This document shows, piece after piece, positions 1 to 9,153 of a DNA stretch of 34,337 bases (position 1 is the stretch's first letter; each line of letters begins with the position of its first letter). The translations under genes were made by a program, and so were the position numbers. A model generated the notes under the pieces. That model did not search any database and was not told where the DNA came from. It saw nothing but the letters and a program-made list of their open reading frames with translations. This stretch comes from Candidatus Halomonas stercoripullorum (GTDB lineage Bacteria; Pseudomonadota; Gammaproteobacteria; Pseudomonadales; Halomonadaceae): positions 1-34,337 of the forward strand of contig DXFC01000325.1 in NCBI GenBank assembly GCA_019114645.1. Direction: 5' to 3'.

Positions 1-1263
1 CTTCCCGATTCTCCGGACTGGGGCGAGCAGGAGGGGTGGAGTGGCACGCTCTATCAATCCCGCCTTGATCCACTGGAGTGGGGGCAAGCGTTGGCCCCGG
101 CTTTTACCGGTACCACGTTAAGCAACAGTGCTCCTGCCAGTGCTGGTTCAACGTTTCCATTGCGCCAGTTGCGGGTGGAAACCGCCTGCCTGGTGCTGCT
201 TGATGAATGCCAGGGAGTCATGAGTGCCGAGCTCGGTTCGCTTGCGGATAATGGCTGGCGGGTTGATCTTGAAGGGGGCCTTCTGCAGGGGCTGGTGGAC
301 TACCGGCCGGCCCTCGACACGCCACTGGATATCGCCCTTTCGCGGTTAACGCTGGATGGACTCTTGCCGACGCAGTCGCAGGGGGTTGGTAACCTGCTGG
401 ATGAACTTGATGTCGCGCCTGAACCAATGCCGTTGCCTGACTGGGTGGGAACGCTGCCTCAAGGCCGTTTCCGGCTGGCGGACATCCTGTACCAGGGTCG
501 TCAGATCGGCCCGCTGACGGCCTACTGGTCGAGTGGACCGCAGTGGTTGGAAATTGCCCCGCTAGGCCTGACGCTGGGCCAGGTAACCGCGCGTGGCGAA
601 CTGGTCTGGGAGGCGGCAGGACCCGCTGACAGTCTGACACGCTCGCGGATCGACCTGGATGGCCATGACCTGGGCTCCGTCCTGGAGCGCCTTGGCCAGC
701 CGGTCTCCATCCGCAACAGCAAGACCCGTGCACGTAGCCAGCTGGCCTGGCCAGGGGCTCCCTGGCAGTTTGCCTTGCAGCGTTCACGGGGAAATCTCGA
801 AGTGGAATTGCATGATGGGCACTTCGTGCAACTCGAATCGCCCACGGCACGGCTGGTAGGGTTATTGAACATCGACAACCTGGTGCGCCGGTTGCGAATG
901 GATTTTTCCGACGTGACCGGGCAGGGTACGGCCTTCGATCACGTCGCCGGGGCTGCTACCCTGTATGCAGGTGTGCTGGAAACCAATGGCCCGGTCATCA
1001 TCGACGGGCCGGCGACTTCCTTTACGCTGGACGGCACCGTGGATCTTTCCCGTCGGGAGGTGGATCAGCGTTTTGGTGTTACGGTGCCAATCAGTAGCAG
1101 CCTGCCACTTGCCGCGGTGGTTGCTGGAGCTCCTGTGGTTGGTGGAGCGCTGTTCATTGCCAATCAACTGTTTGGCGGTGCCATTGATCAGGTCACCCGA
1201 CTTCATTATCGCGTGCGGGGCCCCTGGACCTCGCCTGACATCACTCTGGAAACTGCCGAATGA
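1..1263 (+). CDS. yhdP: YhdP (AsmA2-family phospholipid transport protein), C-terminal part; 5' end lies outside the window
   Basis: Frame is open from base 1. C-terminal AsmA_2-like motifs ([37 protein letters not shown]). Directly upstream of tldD with an ATGA overlap. Confidence 0.88.
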   Translation, partial: LPDSPDWGEQEGWSGTLYQSRLDPLEWGQALAPAFTGTTLSNSAPASAGSTFPLRQLRVETACLVLLDECQGVMSAELGSLADNGWRVDLEGGLLQGLVDYRPALDTPLDIALSRLTLDGLLPTQSQGVGNLLDELDVAPEPMPLPDWVGTLPQGRFRLADILYQGRQIGPLTAYWSSGPQWLEIAPLGLTLGQVTARGELVWEAAGPADSLTRSRIDLDGHDLGSVLERLGQPVSIRNSKTRARSQLAWPGAPWQFALQRSRGNLEVELHDGHFVQLESPTARLVGLLNIDNLVRRLRMDFSDVTGQGTAFDHVAGAATLYAGVLETNGPVIIDGPATSFTLDGTVDLSRREVDQRFGVTVPISSSLPLAAVVAGAPVVGGALFIANQLFGGAIDQVTRLHYRVRGPWTSPDITLETAE

Positions 1264-2714
1264 CGACCTCCTCATCTTCGCTGCTCGAAAGCGCCGCTGA
1301 CATTCTTCTGCATCCGGGCGGACTGGACATCGACACACTCGATGCCGGGCTTGGCCACGCGTTGACACCCGGAATCGACTATGCCGATCTCTATTTTCAA
1401 CGCAGCTGGCACGAAAGCTGGGTGTTGGAAGATGGCGAAGTCAAGGACGCCAGTTACAACATTGATGGTGGTGTAGGCGTACGCGCCATGGCGGGTGAGA
1501 AAACCGGCTTTGCCTACTCCAATCAGATCACCGCCGATGCCTTGGCGGAAACCGGGCGTACCGCATCGGATATCGTGCGCAGCGGTGCCACACAGCCGCT
1601 GGGAGCCCGTATTGTCACCCAGGCACCGCTATATTACGCGTCGGTCGACCCGTTGTCGGGATTATCGGCCGAGGACAAGATTGCGCTGCTCAAGCAGGCT
1701 GACCGCGCGGCCCGTGCTGCCGATCCCGCTGTGACGCAAGTCAGTGCTTCGTTAACGGGAGTGCATGAGGTCGTGCTGGTGCGAGCCAGTGATGGCACCC
1801 TGGCTGCCGATGTACGCCCGTTGGTGCGCTTTAATGTCAGTGTGATCGCGGTGAAGAACGGCCGCCGTGAACGTGGCAGTGCCGGTGGAGGAGGACGCTA
1901 TGGCATGTCACGGTTGCGCGATGAGAATGTCGCCGAGCGCTTTGCTCTGGAGGCGGTACGTCAGGCACTGGTCAATCTGGAAGCGGTGGAAGCACCGGCT
2001 GGACAAATGCCGGTTGTGTTGGCGCCGGGCTGGCCCGGCATTCTGCTGCACGAAGCCGTAGGGCACGGCCTGGAGGGTGACTTCAACCGCAAGGGCAGCT
2101 CCGCTTTCAGCGGCCGTATCGGCGAGCGTGTGGCCGCACCCGGTGTCACGGTGGTGGATGATGCCACGCTGCCTGACCGGCGGGGCTCCATGAGCGTGGA
2201 TGACGAAGGCACGCCGGGCCAGTACAGCACCCTTATCGAAGACGGTGTTCTCACCGGCTATATGCAGGACAAGTTGAATGCCCGGTTGATGGGAATGCAA
2301 CCTACCGGTAATGCCCGCCGTGAATCCTTTGCCCATATGCCGATGCCGCGCATGACCAATACCTACATGTTGGCGGGTCAGGATGATCCGGCCGAGATCA
2401 TGGCCAGTGTGAAGCGGGGTATTTACGCGGTGAGCTTTGGTGGCGGTCAGGTTGACATCACCTCGGGCAAGTTCGTTTTTTCGGCGAGTGAAGCCTACTT
2501 GATCGAGGACGGGCGGGTTACCGCACCGGTAAAAGGCGCTACCTTGATCGGCAATGGACCGGAGGTGATGAGCCAGATATCAATGATTGGCCATGACCTG
2601 GAGCTGGATACAGGTATCGGAGTGTGTGGTAAAGAAGGACAAGGCGTGCCCGTGGGCGTGGGGCAGCCGACGTTGAAAATCGACGAACTTACCGTCGGCG
2701 GCACCGCTTCATGA
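1260..2714 (+). CDS. tldD: Metalloprotease TldD
   Basis: 484 aa. [22 protein letters not shown] (HExxxH), [42 protein letters not shown]. Confidence 0.97.
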   Translation: MTTSSSSLLESAADILLHPGGLDIDTLDAGLGHALTPGIDYADLYFQRSWHESWVLEDGEVKDASYNIDGGVGVRAMAGEKTGFAYSNQITADALAETGRTASDIVRSGATQPLGARIVTQAPLYYASVDPLSGLSAEDKIALLKQADRAARAADPAVTQVSASLTGVHEVVLVRASDGTLAADVRPLVRFNVSVIAVKNGRRERGSAGGGGRYGMSRLRDENVAERFALEAVRQALVNLEAVEAPAGQMPVVLAPGWPGILLHEAVGHGLEGDFNRKGSSAFSGRIGERVAAPGVTVVDDATLPDRRGSMSVDDEGTPGQYSTLIEDGVLTGYMQDKLNARLMGMQPTGNARRESFAHMPMPRMTNTYMLAGQDDPAEIMASVKRGIYAVSFGGGQVDITSGKFVFSASEAYLIEDGRVTAPVKGATLIGNGPEVMSQISMIGHDLELDTGIGVCGKEGQGVPVGVGQPTLKIDELTVGGTAS

Positions 2715-3221
2715 TCACAAGCCGGCCGTCTCGCGGATCAGCTTGAACAGTTTGCGCGCATTGGTCGGGGGCTTGCCGCGTTCACGCTCGCTTTTGGCGT
2801 TGCGGATGAGTTGACGCAGGGCCTGGCGGTCAGCGTCGGGATGCTCGGCAATGAAAGCTTCGACCGCGCTGTCATCTTCATCGATCAATCGGTCGCGCCA
2901 TTTTTCGAGGCGGTGGAAAGCGAGGTCGCGCCGACGCTCTTCCTGTTCGATCTCGTCGAAAACCGCCTGGATGGCGGAGAGGTCTTCGCGCCGCATGACC
3001 TTGCCGACGTACTGCATATGACGCCGACGTCCTTCATGGGAGCGGATACGGCCCGTCTCTTCAACGGCGGCGAGCATGTCTTCCGAGAGGGGGAAACGGG
3101 CGCGTTCGGCGGGGCTCATGGCGATGATCCGCTCACCCAGCGCCTGCAACGCATGCATTTCGCGCTTGAGCTGGGATTTGCTGGGTCTTTCATCGGCGGG
3201 TGAGGGAATGTCCTGGGTCAT
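2715..3221 (-). CDS. yjgA: Ribosome biogenesis factor YjgA/DarP (DUF615)
   Basis: SKSQLKREMHALQALGE, EGRRRHMQYVGKVMR, LEKWRDRLI, DRQALRQLIRNA, RKLFKLIR. Start trimmed from the ORF track to the ATG at 3221. Confidence 0.93.
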   Translation of the reverse strand: MTQDIPSPADERPSKSQLKREMHALQALGERIIAMSPAERARFPLSEDMLAAVEETGRIRSHEGRRRHMQYVGKVMRREDLSAIQAVFDEIEQEERRRDLAFHRLEKWRDRLIDEDDSAVEAFIAEHPDADRQALRQLIRNAKSERERGKPPTNARKLFKLIRETAGL

Positions 3222-3266
3222 GCCGCATCCAAATGGTGAGATGGTGAACGATCGGGTTCGGTCAGC

Positions 3267-3275
3267 AGTATAACA
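3267..3275 (-). promoter_or_regulatory. Putative extended -10 promoter (TGtTATACT) for yjgA
   Basis: Minus strand reads TG-T-TATACT about 45 nt upstream of the yjgA ATG. Confidence 0.45.
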
Positions 3276-3343
3276 GTCCGTCGTGCAGAGGCGGAAAAAC
3301 GATATATGGATGCCGGCGCGGCCGGTGCATAAGGGAGAAGAAC

Positions 3344-4684
3344 ATGAGCAAGGCTTTCGATGCCGCCGCCCAGCAGCGTCTGCTGGAGTCACGTGCCACC
3401 CTGGCCCTGGAACTGGCGCGTCAGCAAGGCGCCGATGCCTGCGAGGTAGGGGCCAGTGTGGATCAGGGAATCGGCGTCAGTGTGCGCGATGGGGCCGTGG
3501 AATCCATCGAGCTCTCCCGCGACCAGGGTATCGCGGTGACGGTCTATCTGGGGGGGCACAAAGGCAGTGCTTCGTCGACTGATGCCGGCACCGATTCGAT
3601 TCGGGAGGTAGTGGACAAGGCGCTGGCCATTGCCCGCTATACGGGCAAGGATCCTGCGGCAGGCCTGGCCGATGCCGAGCTGATGGCCACACACCTGCCC
3701 GACCTTGATGTGCATCATCCCTGGGCGCTGAGTACCGAGCAGGCCATTGAGCTGGCGCTGGCCTGTGAAGCGGCCGGCAGCAGCCAGGCGGGTATCCGTC
3801 AATCGGAAGGGGCCTCGCTCTCCAGTGGCGAGGGTGTGCGGATATATGCCAACAGCCACGGCTTTCTCGGTGCCCAGCGCGGCAGCAGCCATTCGCTCTC
3901 ATGCATGCTTATTGCCGAGGATGAGAACGGCATGCAACGCGACTACGATTACACGGCAGCGCGTAACCCCAGGGACCTGCTGGCTCCCGAGAGGGTTGGC
4001 AGGCAGGCCGCAGAGCGTACCCTGCGTCGTCTGGGAGCACAGCGTCTGGCCACCGGCCGTTTTCCGGTGATGTTTGATGCCACCCTGGCCAGTGGGCTGG
4101 TGGGTCACCTGCTGAGTGCCATTGCCGGCGGTGCCTTGTATCGTCAGGCCTCTTTTTTGTGTGACCGCCTGGGTGATTCGCTGTTTCCCGAGTGGTTCTC
4201 ACTGGGCGAGCGACCCATGGAAGTTGGGGCCATGGCGAGTTCACCCTTCGATAGCGACGGCGTACAGACACGTGACAATTGCTTTATCGAAGCCGGACGC
4301 CTGGCCAGCTACATGCTGTCCGCCTATAGCGCGCGGCGCCTGGGCATGCAGACCACGGCCAATGCCGGAGGAGCGCGTAACCTGCGCATAACCGCGCCGC
4401 TTGCTGCCCGCTCGGATCTACTCGCAAAAATGGATCGCGGGGTGCTGGTGACCGAGCTGATGGGGCAGGGGATCAACGGGGTCACCGGCGACTACTCACG
4501 CGGCGCAGCCGGCTTCTGGGTCGAGAACGGCGAGATCCAGCACCCGGTGGAAGAGTTCACCATTGCCGGCAACCTGGAGTCGATGTTCAAGGGACTTGTC
4601 GCCGTGGGAAGTGATACCGATACACGCGGCAGCATTCATACCGGCAGCTGGTTGATTGATGAAATGACCATTGCCGGCAGTTGA
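3344..4684 (+). CDS. pmbA: Metalloprotease subunit PmbA/TldE
   Basis: 446 aa. MQRDYDY, PFDSDGV, SAYSARRLG, GQGINGVTGDYSRGAAGFWVENGEIQHPVEEFTIAGNL. SD GGAGA upstream. Confidence 0.96.
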   Translation: MSKAFDAAAQQRLLESRATLALELARQQGADACEVGASVDQGIGVSVRDGAVESIELSRDQGIAVTVYLGGHKGSASSTDAGTDSIREVVDKALAIARYTGKDPAAGLADAELMATHLPDLDVHHPWALSTEQAIELALACEAAGSSQAGIRQSEGASLSSGEGVRIYANSHGFLGAQRGSSHSLSCMLIAEDENGMQRDYDYTAARNPRDLLAPERVGRQAAERTLRRLGAQRLATGRFPVMFDATLASGLVGHLLSAIAGGALYRQASFLCDRLGDSLFPEWFSLGERPMEVGAMASSPFDSDGVQTRDNCFIEAGRLASYMLSAYSARRLGMQTTANAGGARNLRITAPLAARSDLLAKMDRGVLVTELMGQGINGVTGDYSRGAAGFWVENGEIQHPVEEFTIAGNLESMFKGLVAVGSDTDTRGSIHTGSWLIDEMTIAGS

Positions 4685-4693
4685 GTTTCGGAG

Positions 4694-4969
4694 TTATGCG
4701 TCTTCGTCGAAGCGGGCTGTAAACAGGGCCTCTACCGCCTCAAGCGCCGCGTCGGCATCCTCACCTTCGGCACTGACGAGCAGCTCGGTGCCGCAAGGTG
4801 CGCCCAGCATCAGCAGGGACATGATGTTGTCTGCATCGGCGCGTTGCTGGTCACGATAGATGGCGACCTTGGCGGCGAAAGGTTGGCAGCACTGCACCAG
4901 TTTAGTGGCAGCGCGTGCATGCAGCCAGCGTTTGTTGGTCAGAGTGAGTTTACGACTGGGCACGCTCAC
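4694..4969 (-). CDS. npr: Phosphocarrier protein NPr (HPr family) of PTS-Ntr
   Basis: 91 aa. LHARAA phospho-His motif, IMSLLML, AEGEDADAAL. Last gene of rpoN-hpf-ptsN-rapZ-npr. GTG start at 4969 or 4963. Confidence 0.9.
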   Translation of the reverse strand: MSVPSRKLTLTNKRWLHARAATKLVQCCQPFAAKVAIYRDQQRADADNIMSLLMLGAPCGTELLVSAEGEDADAALEAVEALFTARFDEDA

Positions 4970-5895
4970 TCTTCCCTGGCTGCGGCAGGCGTACCCGCTG
5001 CGTCTGGCTGTTCCGGCTGCGCGAGTACTGACGTATGAATGCCTAGCTCACGGTGGCGCAGGCGGACGTCAGACTGCTGTCGGGCCAGCCGTTGGGCCAA
5101 TTGCTCGGTCAGGTAGACCGAGCGATGTTGCCCTCCGGTGCAGCCAATTGCCACCGTAAGATAGCTGCGCTGAGAGTTGCGGTATTCAGGCAGCCAGCGT
5201 TCTACCCAGGTGGTGATGTCGTCCAGCATTTGCTGGACTATCGGGTACTGCTCAAGAAACTCAATAATGCTGGGCTCGCGGCCAGTCGCCGAGCGCAGGC
5301 GGGGATCCCAGTAAGGGTTGGGCAAGCAGCGCGCGTCAAAGACGATGTCGGCATCCAGTGGTACGCCACCCTTGAAGCCGAAGGACTCTACCGTCAGCGT
5401 TAGCCGGTCGGCCTGATGCCGCGCCACCTGCTCGGTAATACGGCCGCGCAGGTCGTGCACCGACAAGCGGGAGGTATCGATCGTCAGATCCGCCAGGTTG
5501 CGGATATCGCTCAGCGTTGCATCTTCGGTGGCAATCGCCTCCTTGAGGGTCATGTCACGGCCACGCGTCAGGGGGTGGCGCCTGCGGGTGGCTGAGTAGC
5601 GTTCGATGAGTATGCGGGCATCCGTGGTGAGATAGACGACCTGGCAGTCTACCTGCTTGGTCTGAAGCTCTTCCAGTACCCGGGGGAAGCGTTCCAGTGC
5701 ATGGGGCAAGTTGCGTGCATCGATACTGACGGCAATGGCGGACTGGGCCGTTGGAGAGCTGCGCAACTCGTCAACCAAAGAGCCTAGCAGCATGGCCGGC
5801 AAATTATCGATGGCGTAGTAGCCGAGGTCTTCGAGTGCTTGCAGTGCAATCGACTTCCCCGACCCGGAACGGCCGCTAATGATTACCAGCTGCAT
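4966..5895 (-). CDS. rapZ: RNase adapter RapZ (P-loop NTPase)
   Basis: GRSGSGKS Walker A, DNLP, SATRRRHPL, SFGFK, FDARCLPNPYW, IGCTGGQHRSV. Confidence 0.96.
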   Translation of the reverse strand: MQLVIISGRSGSGKSIALQALEDLGYYAIDNLPAMLLGSLVDELRSSPTAQSAIAVSIDARNLPHALERFPRVLEELQTKQVDCQVVYLTTDARILIERYSATRRRHPLTRGRDMTLKEAIATEDATLSDIRNLADLTIDTSRLSVHDLRGRITEQVARHQADRLTLTVESFGFKGGVPLDADIVFDARCLPNPYWDPRLRSATGREPSIIEFLEQYPIVQQMLDDITTWVERWLPEYRNSQRSYLTVAIGCTGGQHRSVYLTEQLAQRLARQQSDVRLRHRELGIHTSVLAQPEQPDAAGTPAAAREE

Positions 5896-5930
5896 GAGCT
5901 GTCTCCGATCATGGGTTGGCAGTGCAACGC

Positions 5931-6401
5931 TCAGGCCGAAGAGTGCCGTTGAATGGCCTCGATCAGGCTCGCGTGAAGTTCGTGCTGATCACTACACTGG
6001 CGTAGACGGGTAAGTGCTTCCGCGTCGTTCAGTACACTGGCGACCTGGCTGAGTAATGCCAGGTGGGTTTCGTCGGCTTCTTCAGGCACCAGGAGCACGA
6101 ACACCAGGTCGACGGGCTCGCCATCGATAGCATCGAAATCGATGGGCTTGGCCAGCTTGAGAAAAGCCGCTATCGGAGTATGACATAGCGGGCTGCGCGC
6201 ATGGGGAATGGCGACGCCGTTGCCGATGCCGGTACTGCCCAGGCGCTCACGGCCCATCAGGCGCTCAAAAACCTCTTGTGTATCAAGGTCAGGTGCGTCC
6301 TGTGCGATGAAAGTACTGGCAGTGGCCAGCAGCTTTTTCTTGCTGCCCCCGGGGGCATTGAACAGCACGCGCTCCAGGGGCAGTAGGTTTTTCAATGTCA
6401 T
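5931..6401 (-). CDS. ptsN: PTS IIA-Ntr nitrogen-regulatory protein
   Basis: RERLGSTGIGNGVAIPHAR (phospho-His), DFDAIDGEPVDL, HLALLSQVA. Confidence 0.95.
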   Translation of the reverse strand: MTLKNLLPLERVLFNAPGGSKKKLLATASTFIAQDAPDLDTQEVFERLMGRERLGSTGIGNGVAIPHARSPLCHTPIAAFLKLAKPIDFDAIDGEPVDLVFVLLVPEEADETHLALLSQVASVLNDAEALTRLRQCSDQHELHASLIEAIQRHSSA

Positions 6402-6407
6402 GGTTAT

Positions 6408-6716
6408 TCAGCGGATACCAGCGCCTTGAGCGCGGTTCTGAGTTTTCTCTTTGTGCTTGACCAGTTGACGGTCAAGCTTGTCGGTAAGGGCATCGATGGC
6501 GGCGTACATGTCCAGCTCGGAGGCTTCGGCATGCAATTCGGCACCAGCGGCATGCAGGATACAGGCTGCCTTCTGTCGCTCTTTCTCGATGGAAAGGGTG
6601 ACATGCACATTGGTGATATTGTCATAGTGTCGCTGAACGCGACTGAGCTTCTCGTTTACGTAGTTGCGTAGCGGGTCAGTCAGCTCGACGTGATGGCCGG
6701 TGATGTTGACTTGCAT
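6408..6716 (-). CDS. hpf: Ribosome hibernation promoting factor (short HPF)
   Basis: MQVNITGHHVELTDPLRNYV...DMYAAIDALTDKLDRQLVKHKEK. SD AAGGAG upstream of the ATG at 6716. Confidence 0.95.
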   Translation of the reverse strand: MQVNITGHHVELTDPLRNYVNEKLSRVQRHYDNITNVHVTLSIEKERQKAACILHAAGAELHAEASELDMYAAIDALTDKLDRQLVKHKEKTQNRAQGAGIR

Positions 6717-6824
6717 GAGGAGCTCCTTATCCAAGGATGAGTATTGATTGTAACCCTTTTTCCTGCCTTGCAAACCCCCTCCAGACGGGTACCTGTCCTG
6801 AGTCAATGAACAGCGTTTTGGGCG

Positions 6825-8237
6825 TCAGCGAAAGCGCTTGCGTTCACTTGAGGAGGGAATGCCCAAGGCTTCACGATACTTGGCAATGGTGCGTCGTGCC
6901 ACCTTGATTCCCTCTTCTTCCAGCAGCTCGACCAGCCGGTTGTCGGAGAGAGGCTTGCGTGGTGGCTCGTCGGCGATCAGTTTACGCAGACGGGCGCGGA
7001 TTGCGGTGCTGGAATGAATGTCCCCTTCGCCATTGCCACCCACATGACTGGAAAAGAAATACTTCAGCTCGAACACCCCGCGAGGGGTGTGGATGAATTT
7101 CTGGGTAGTCACACGGGAGATGGTCGATTCGTGCATGTCCACCGCCTGGGCAATATCGGCCAGGATCAGGGGGCGCATCGCTTCTTCGCCTCGTTCGAGG
7201 AACTCGATCTGGTGTGCCATGATCTCTTGTCCCACCCGCAGCAGCGTGTCGTTGCGGCTGCTCAAGCTCTTCAGCAGCCAACGCGCCTCCTGGAGATGAT
7301 CCTTGAGAAACTGGTTATCGAGGCTCTTGTCGGCCCGGCGTACCAGAGAGGCATAGTCGGGTTGAATACGCAGGCGGGGTAGTGCCTCGGCATTCAGCTC
7401 GATACGCCAGCCAGACTCGTCGTGTCGGGCGATCAAGTCCGGGGTGATGTAATGACCACTGACCTCGGCGTAGGCGTTGGCGGGGCGAGGGTTGAGGGAG
7501 CGTACCAGGGCAATGACTTTATCCAGTGCCGCATCATCCAGGCCCAGGCGGCGCTTGAGTAAACGCCGGTCGTCGGCAGCCAGGGCTTCGAGAAATTGAC
7601 GCACCAGGCGACGTGCCTGGGGCAGCAGGGTGGTGTCATCAGGCAGCACGGCGAGTTGCAACAGCAAACACTCGCGCAGGTCGCGGGCGAGAATACCGGT
7701 GGGTTCGAACTGCTGCAGACGCAATAGCACCTGCTCCACTTCCCGGGTAGTCAGCCCATCCAGACCCTGCTGGCGCAGGCCGTCACGAATATCGTCGATG
7801 GGCTGACTCAGATAACCGGTAGGGCCAACAGCGTCGATCAAGCTTTCAGCGATAAGGCGTTGGCGTGCGTCGAGATCAGCCATCTCCAGCTGCCAGGTCA
7901 AGTGGCCGGCCAGGGTCTGCCCGGCAGCCTGGCGCTCGAAGTCAGGGCCTTCGCCCGGGGCGCTGCTGTAGTCGGGATAGGTGTCCGACCAGTCGCTATC
8001 GGTGGTCAGCTCGCTGGGAATTTCGCTGGCCCATTCGTCTTCTTGCGGGAGTTCGTTGACGGCTTGCTCGCCGAAATCATCATCGAGCTCCAGCAAAGGG
8101 TTGGCTTCGAGGGCTTGCTGTATCTCCTGGCGCAGATCAAGCGTTGAGAGTTGCAGCAAGGCGATGGCTTGCTGCAGTTGCGGGGTCATCGACAACTGGG
8201 TGCCGACGCGCAGTTGCAAGGAAGCTTTCATGGCCAT
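6825..8237 (-). CDS. rpoN: RNA polymerase sigma-54 factor
   Basis: Region I MTPQLQQAIALLQLS, HESTISRVTTQK HTH, FELKYFFS, RpoN box ARRTIAKYRE. Confidence 0.98.
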   Translation of the reverse strand: MAMKASLQLRVGTQLSMTPQLQQAIALLQLSTLDLRQEIQQALEANPLLELDDDFGEQAVNELPQEDEWASEIPSELTTDSDWSDTYPDYSSAPGEGPDFERQAAGQTLAGHLTWQLEMADLDARQRLIAESLIDAVGPTGYLSQPIDDIRDGLRQQGLDGLTTREVEQVLLRLQQFEPTGILARDLRECLLLQLAVLPDDTTLLPQARRLVRQFLEALAADDRRLLKRRLGLDDAALDKVIALVRSLNPRPANAYAEVSGHYITPDLIARHDESGWRIELNAEALPRLRIQPDYASLVRRADKSLDNQFLKDHLQEARWLLKSLSSRNDTLLRVGQEIMAHQIEFLERGEEAMRPLILADIAQAVDMHESTISRVTTQKFIHTPRGVFELKYFFSSHVGGNGEGDIHSSTAIRARLRKLIADEPPRKPLSDNRLVELLEEEGIKVARRTIAKYREALGIPSSSERKRFR

Positions 8238-8269
8238 GAGAGGTCCGTACTCATTTGCCGAAAAGCTCT

Positions 8270-8298
8270 ACCCTAGTCGGGTGCAGGGCGACTTGCAA
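8270..8298 (-). promoter_or_regulatory. Putative sigma-70 promoter for rpoN (TTGCAA-17-TAGGGT)
   Basis: Minus strand TTGCAA (8298-8293), 17-bp spacer, TAGGGT (8275-8270). The -10 match is weak. Confidence 0.35.
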
Positions 8299-8309
8299 GG
8301 AAAGCGCGT

Positions 8310-8325
8310 AGCAACAAGCGTGCCA
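8310..8325 (-). promoter_or_regulatory. Sigma-54 -24/-12 element upstream of rpoN (TGGCACGCTTGTTGCT)
   Basis: Exact match to TGGCACG-N4-TTGCW with 10 bp between GG and GC, oriented toward rpoN. Confidence 0.8.
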
Positions 8326-8420
8326 TCGGCAATTTCTATGCCTTTGACTGGTTTGCGAAATGATATCAATAGCTTCTTTGTAAGAATTGGTAGATAAGTG
8401 CTATGGCAGGTGCCGGGACG

Positions 8421-9152
8421 CTAAAGTCTGAAGTCTTCGCCAAGATAGACTTCACGCACCCGCTGATTGCCCAGAATCGCTGCGGCATCGCCTTCGGCAA
8501 TGATCTGGCCGTCGCCGACGATGTAGGCGGAATCACAGATATCAAGGGTTTCACGGACGTTGTGATCGGTAATCAGGACGCCAATGTCACGCGCCTTGAG
8601 TTGGCGAATAATTCCTTTGATTTCGCCTACCGAGATCGGGTCGACCCCGGCAAAGGGTTCGTCCAGCAGAATAAAGGCCGGCTCGGTGGCCAGCGCCCGG
8701 GCGATTTCGACACGGCGGCGTTCACCACCCGAAAGACTCATGCCCAGATTGTCGCGGATATGCGTGACATGAAAGTCTTCGAGCAGCTGTTTGAGCCGGG
8801 CTTGGCGGCCCTGACGATCCAGGTCCTTGCGTGTTTCCAGAATTGCCATGATGTTGTCGGCGACCGACAGCTTGCGAAAAATCGAGGCTTCCTGGGGCAG
8901 GTAGCCGATACCGGCGCGGGCCCGTTCGTGCATGGCGCTGCGCGAAAGGTCCAGGTCGTCGATGCCGACGTTGCCGGCATCAGCCTTGACCAGCCCCACG
9001 ATCATGTAGAAGGAGGTCGTCTTGCCAGCGCCATTGGGGCCGAGCAGGCCGACTATGCTGCCTTGCTTTATGGCCAGGCTGATGTCGTGCACCACGCGAC
9101 GGCGTTTGTAGCTCTTGGCCAGGTGGCGGGCATGTAGGGTCTTCATCGCCAT
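8421..9152 (-). CDS. lptB: LPS export ABC transporter ATPase LptB
   Basis: [69 protein letters not shown]. Confidence 0.97.
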   Translation of the reverse strand: MAMKTLHARHLAKSYKRRRVVHDISLAIKQGSIVGLLGPNGAGKTTSFYMIVGLVKADAGNVGIDDLDLSRSAMHERARAGIGYLPQEASIFRKLSVADNIMAILETRKDLDRQGRQARLKQLLEDFHVTHIRDNLGMSLSGGERRRVEIARALATEPAFILLDEPFAGVDPISVGEIKGIIRQLKARDIGVLITDHNVRETLDICDSAYIVGDGQIIAEGDAAAILGNQRVREVYLGEDFRL

Positions 9153-9153
9153 C

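Noticed and set aside
6747-6773. TTGCAA...TACAAT on the minus strand upstream of hpf
   Set aside because: The spacer is only 15 bp. An internal hpf promoter is plausible, but I cannot define it confidently.
8398-8416. Second sigma-54-like sequence (minus strand CGGCACCTGCCATAGCA) upstream of rpoN
   Set aside because: GG-to-GC spacing is 11 bp rather than the required 10 bp.
8403-9137. 244-aa plus-strand ORF mirroring lptB (similar shadows at 9115-9633, 14240-14956, 22263-22904, 24997-25593)
   Set aside because: These are antisense frames of well-conserved genes, expected from GC-rich codon bias. They show no recognisable motifs or translation signals.
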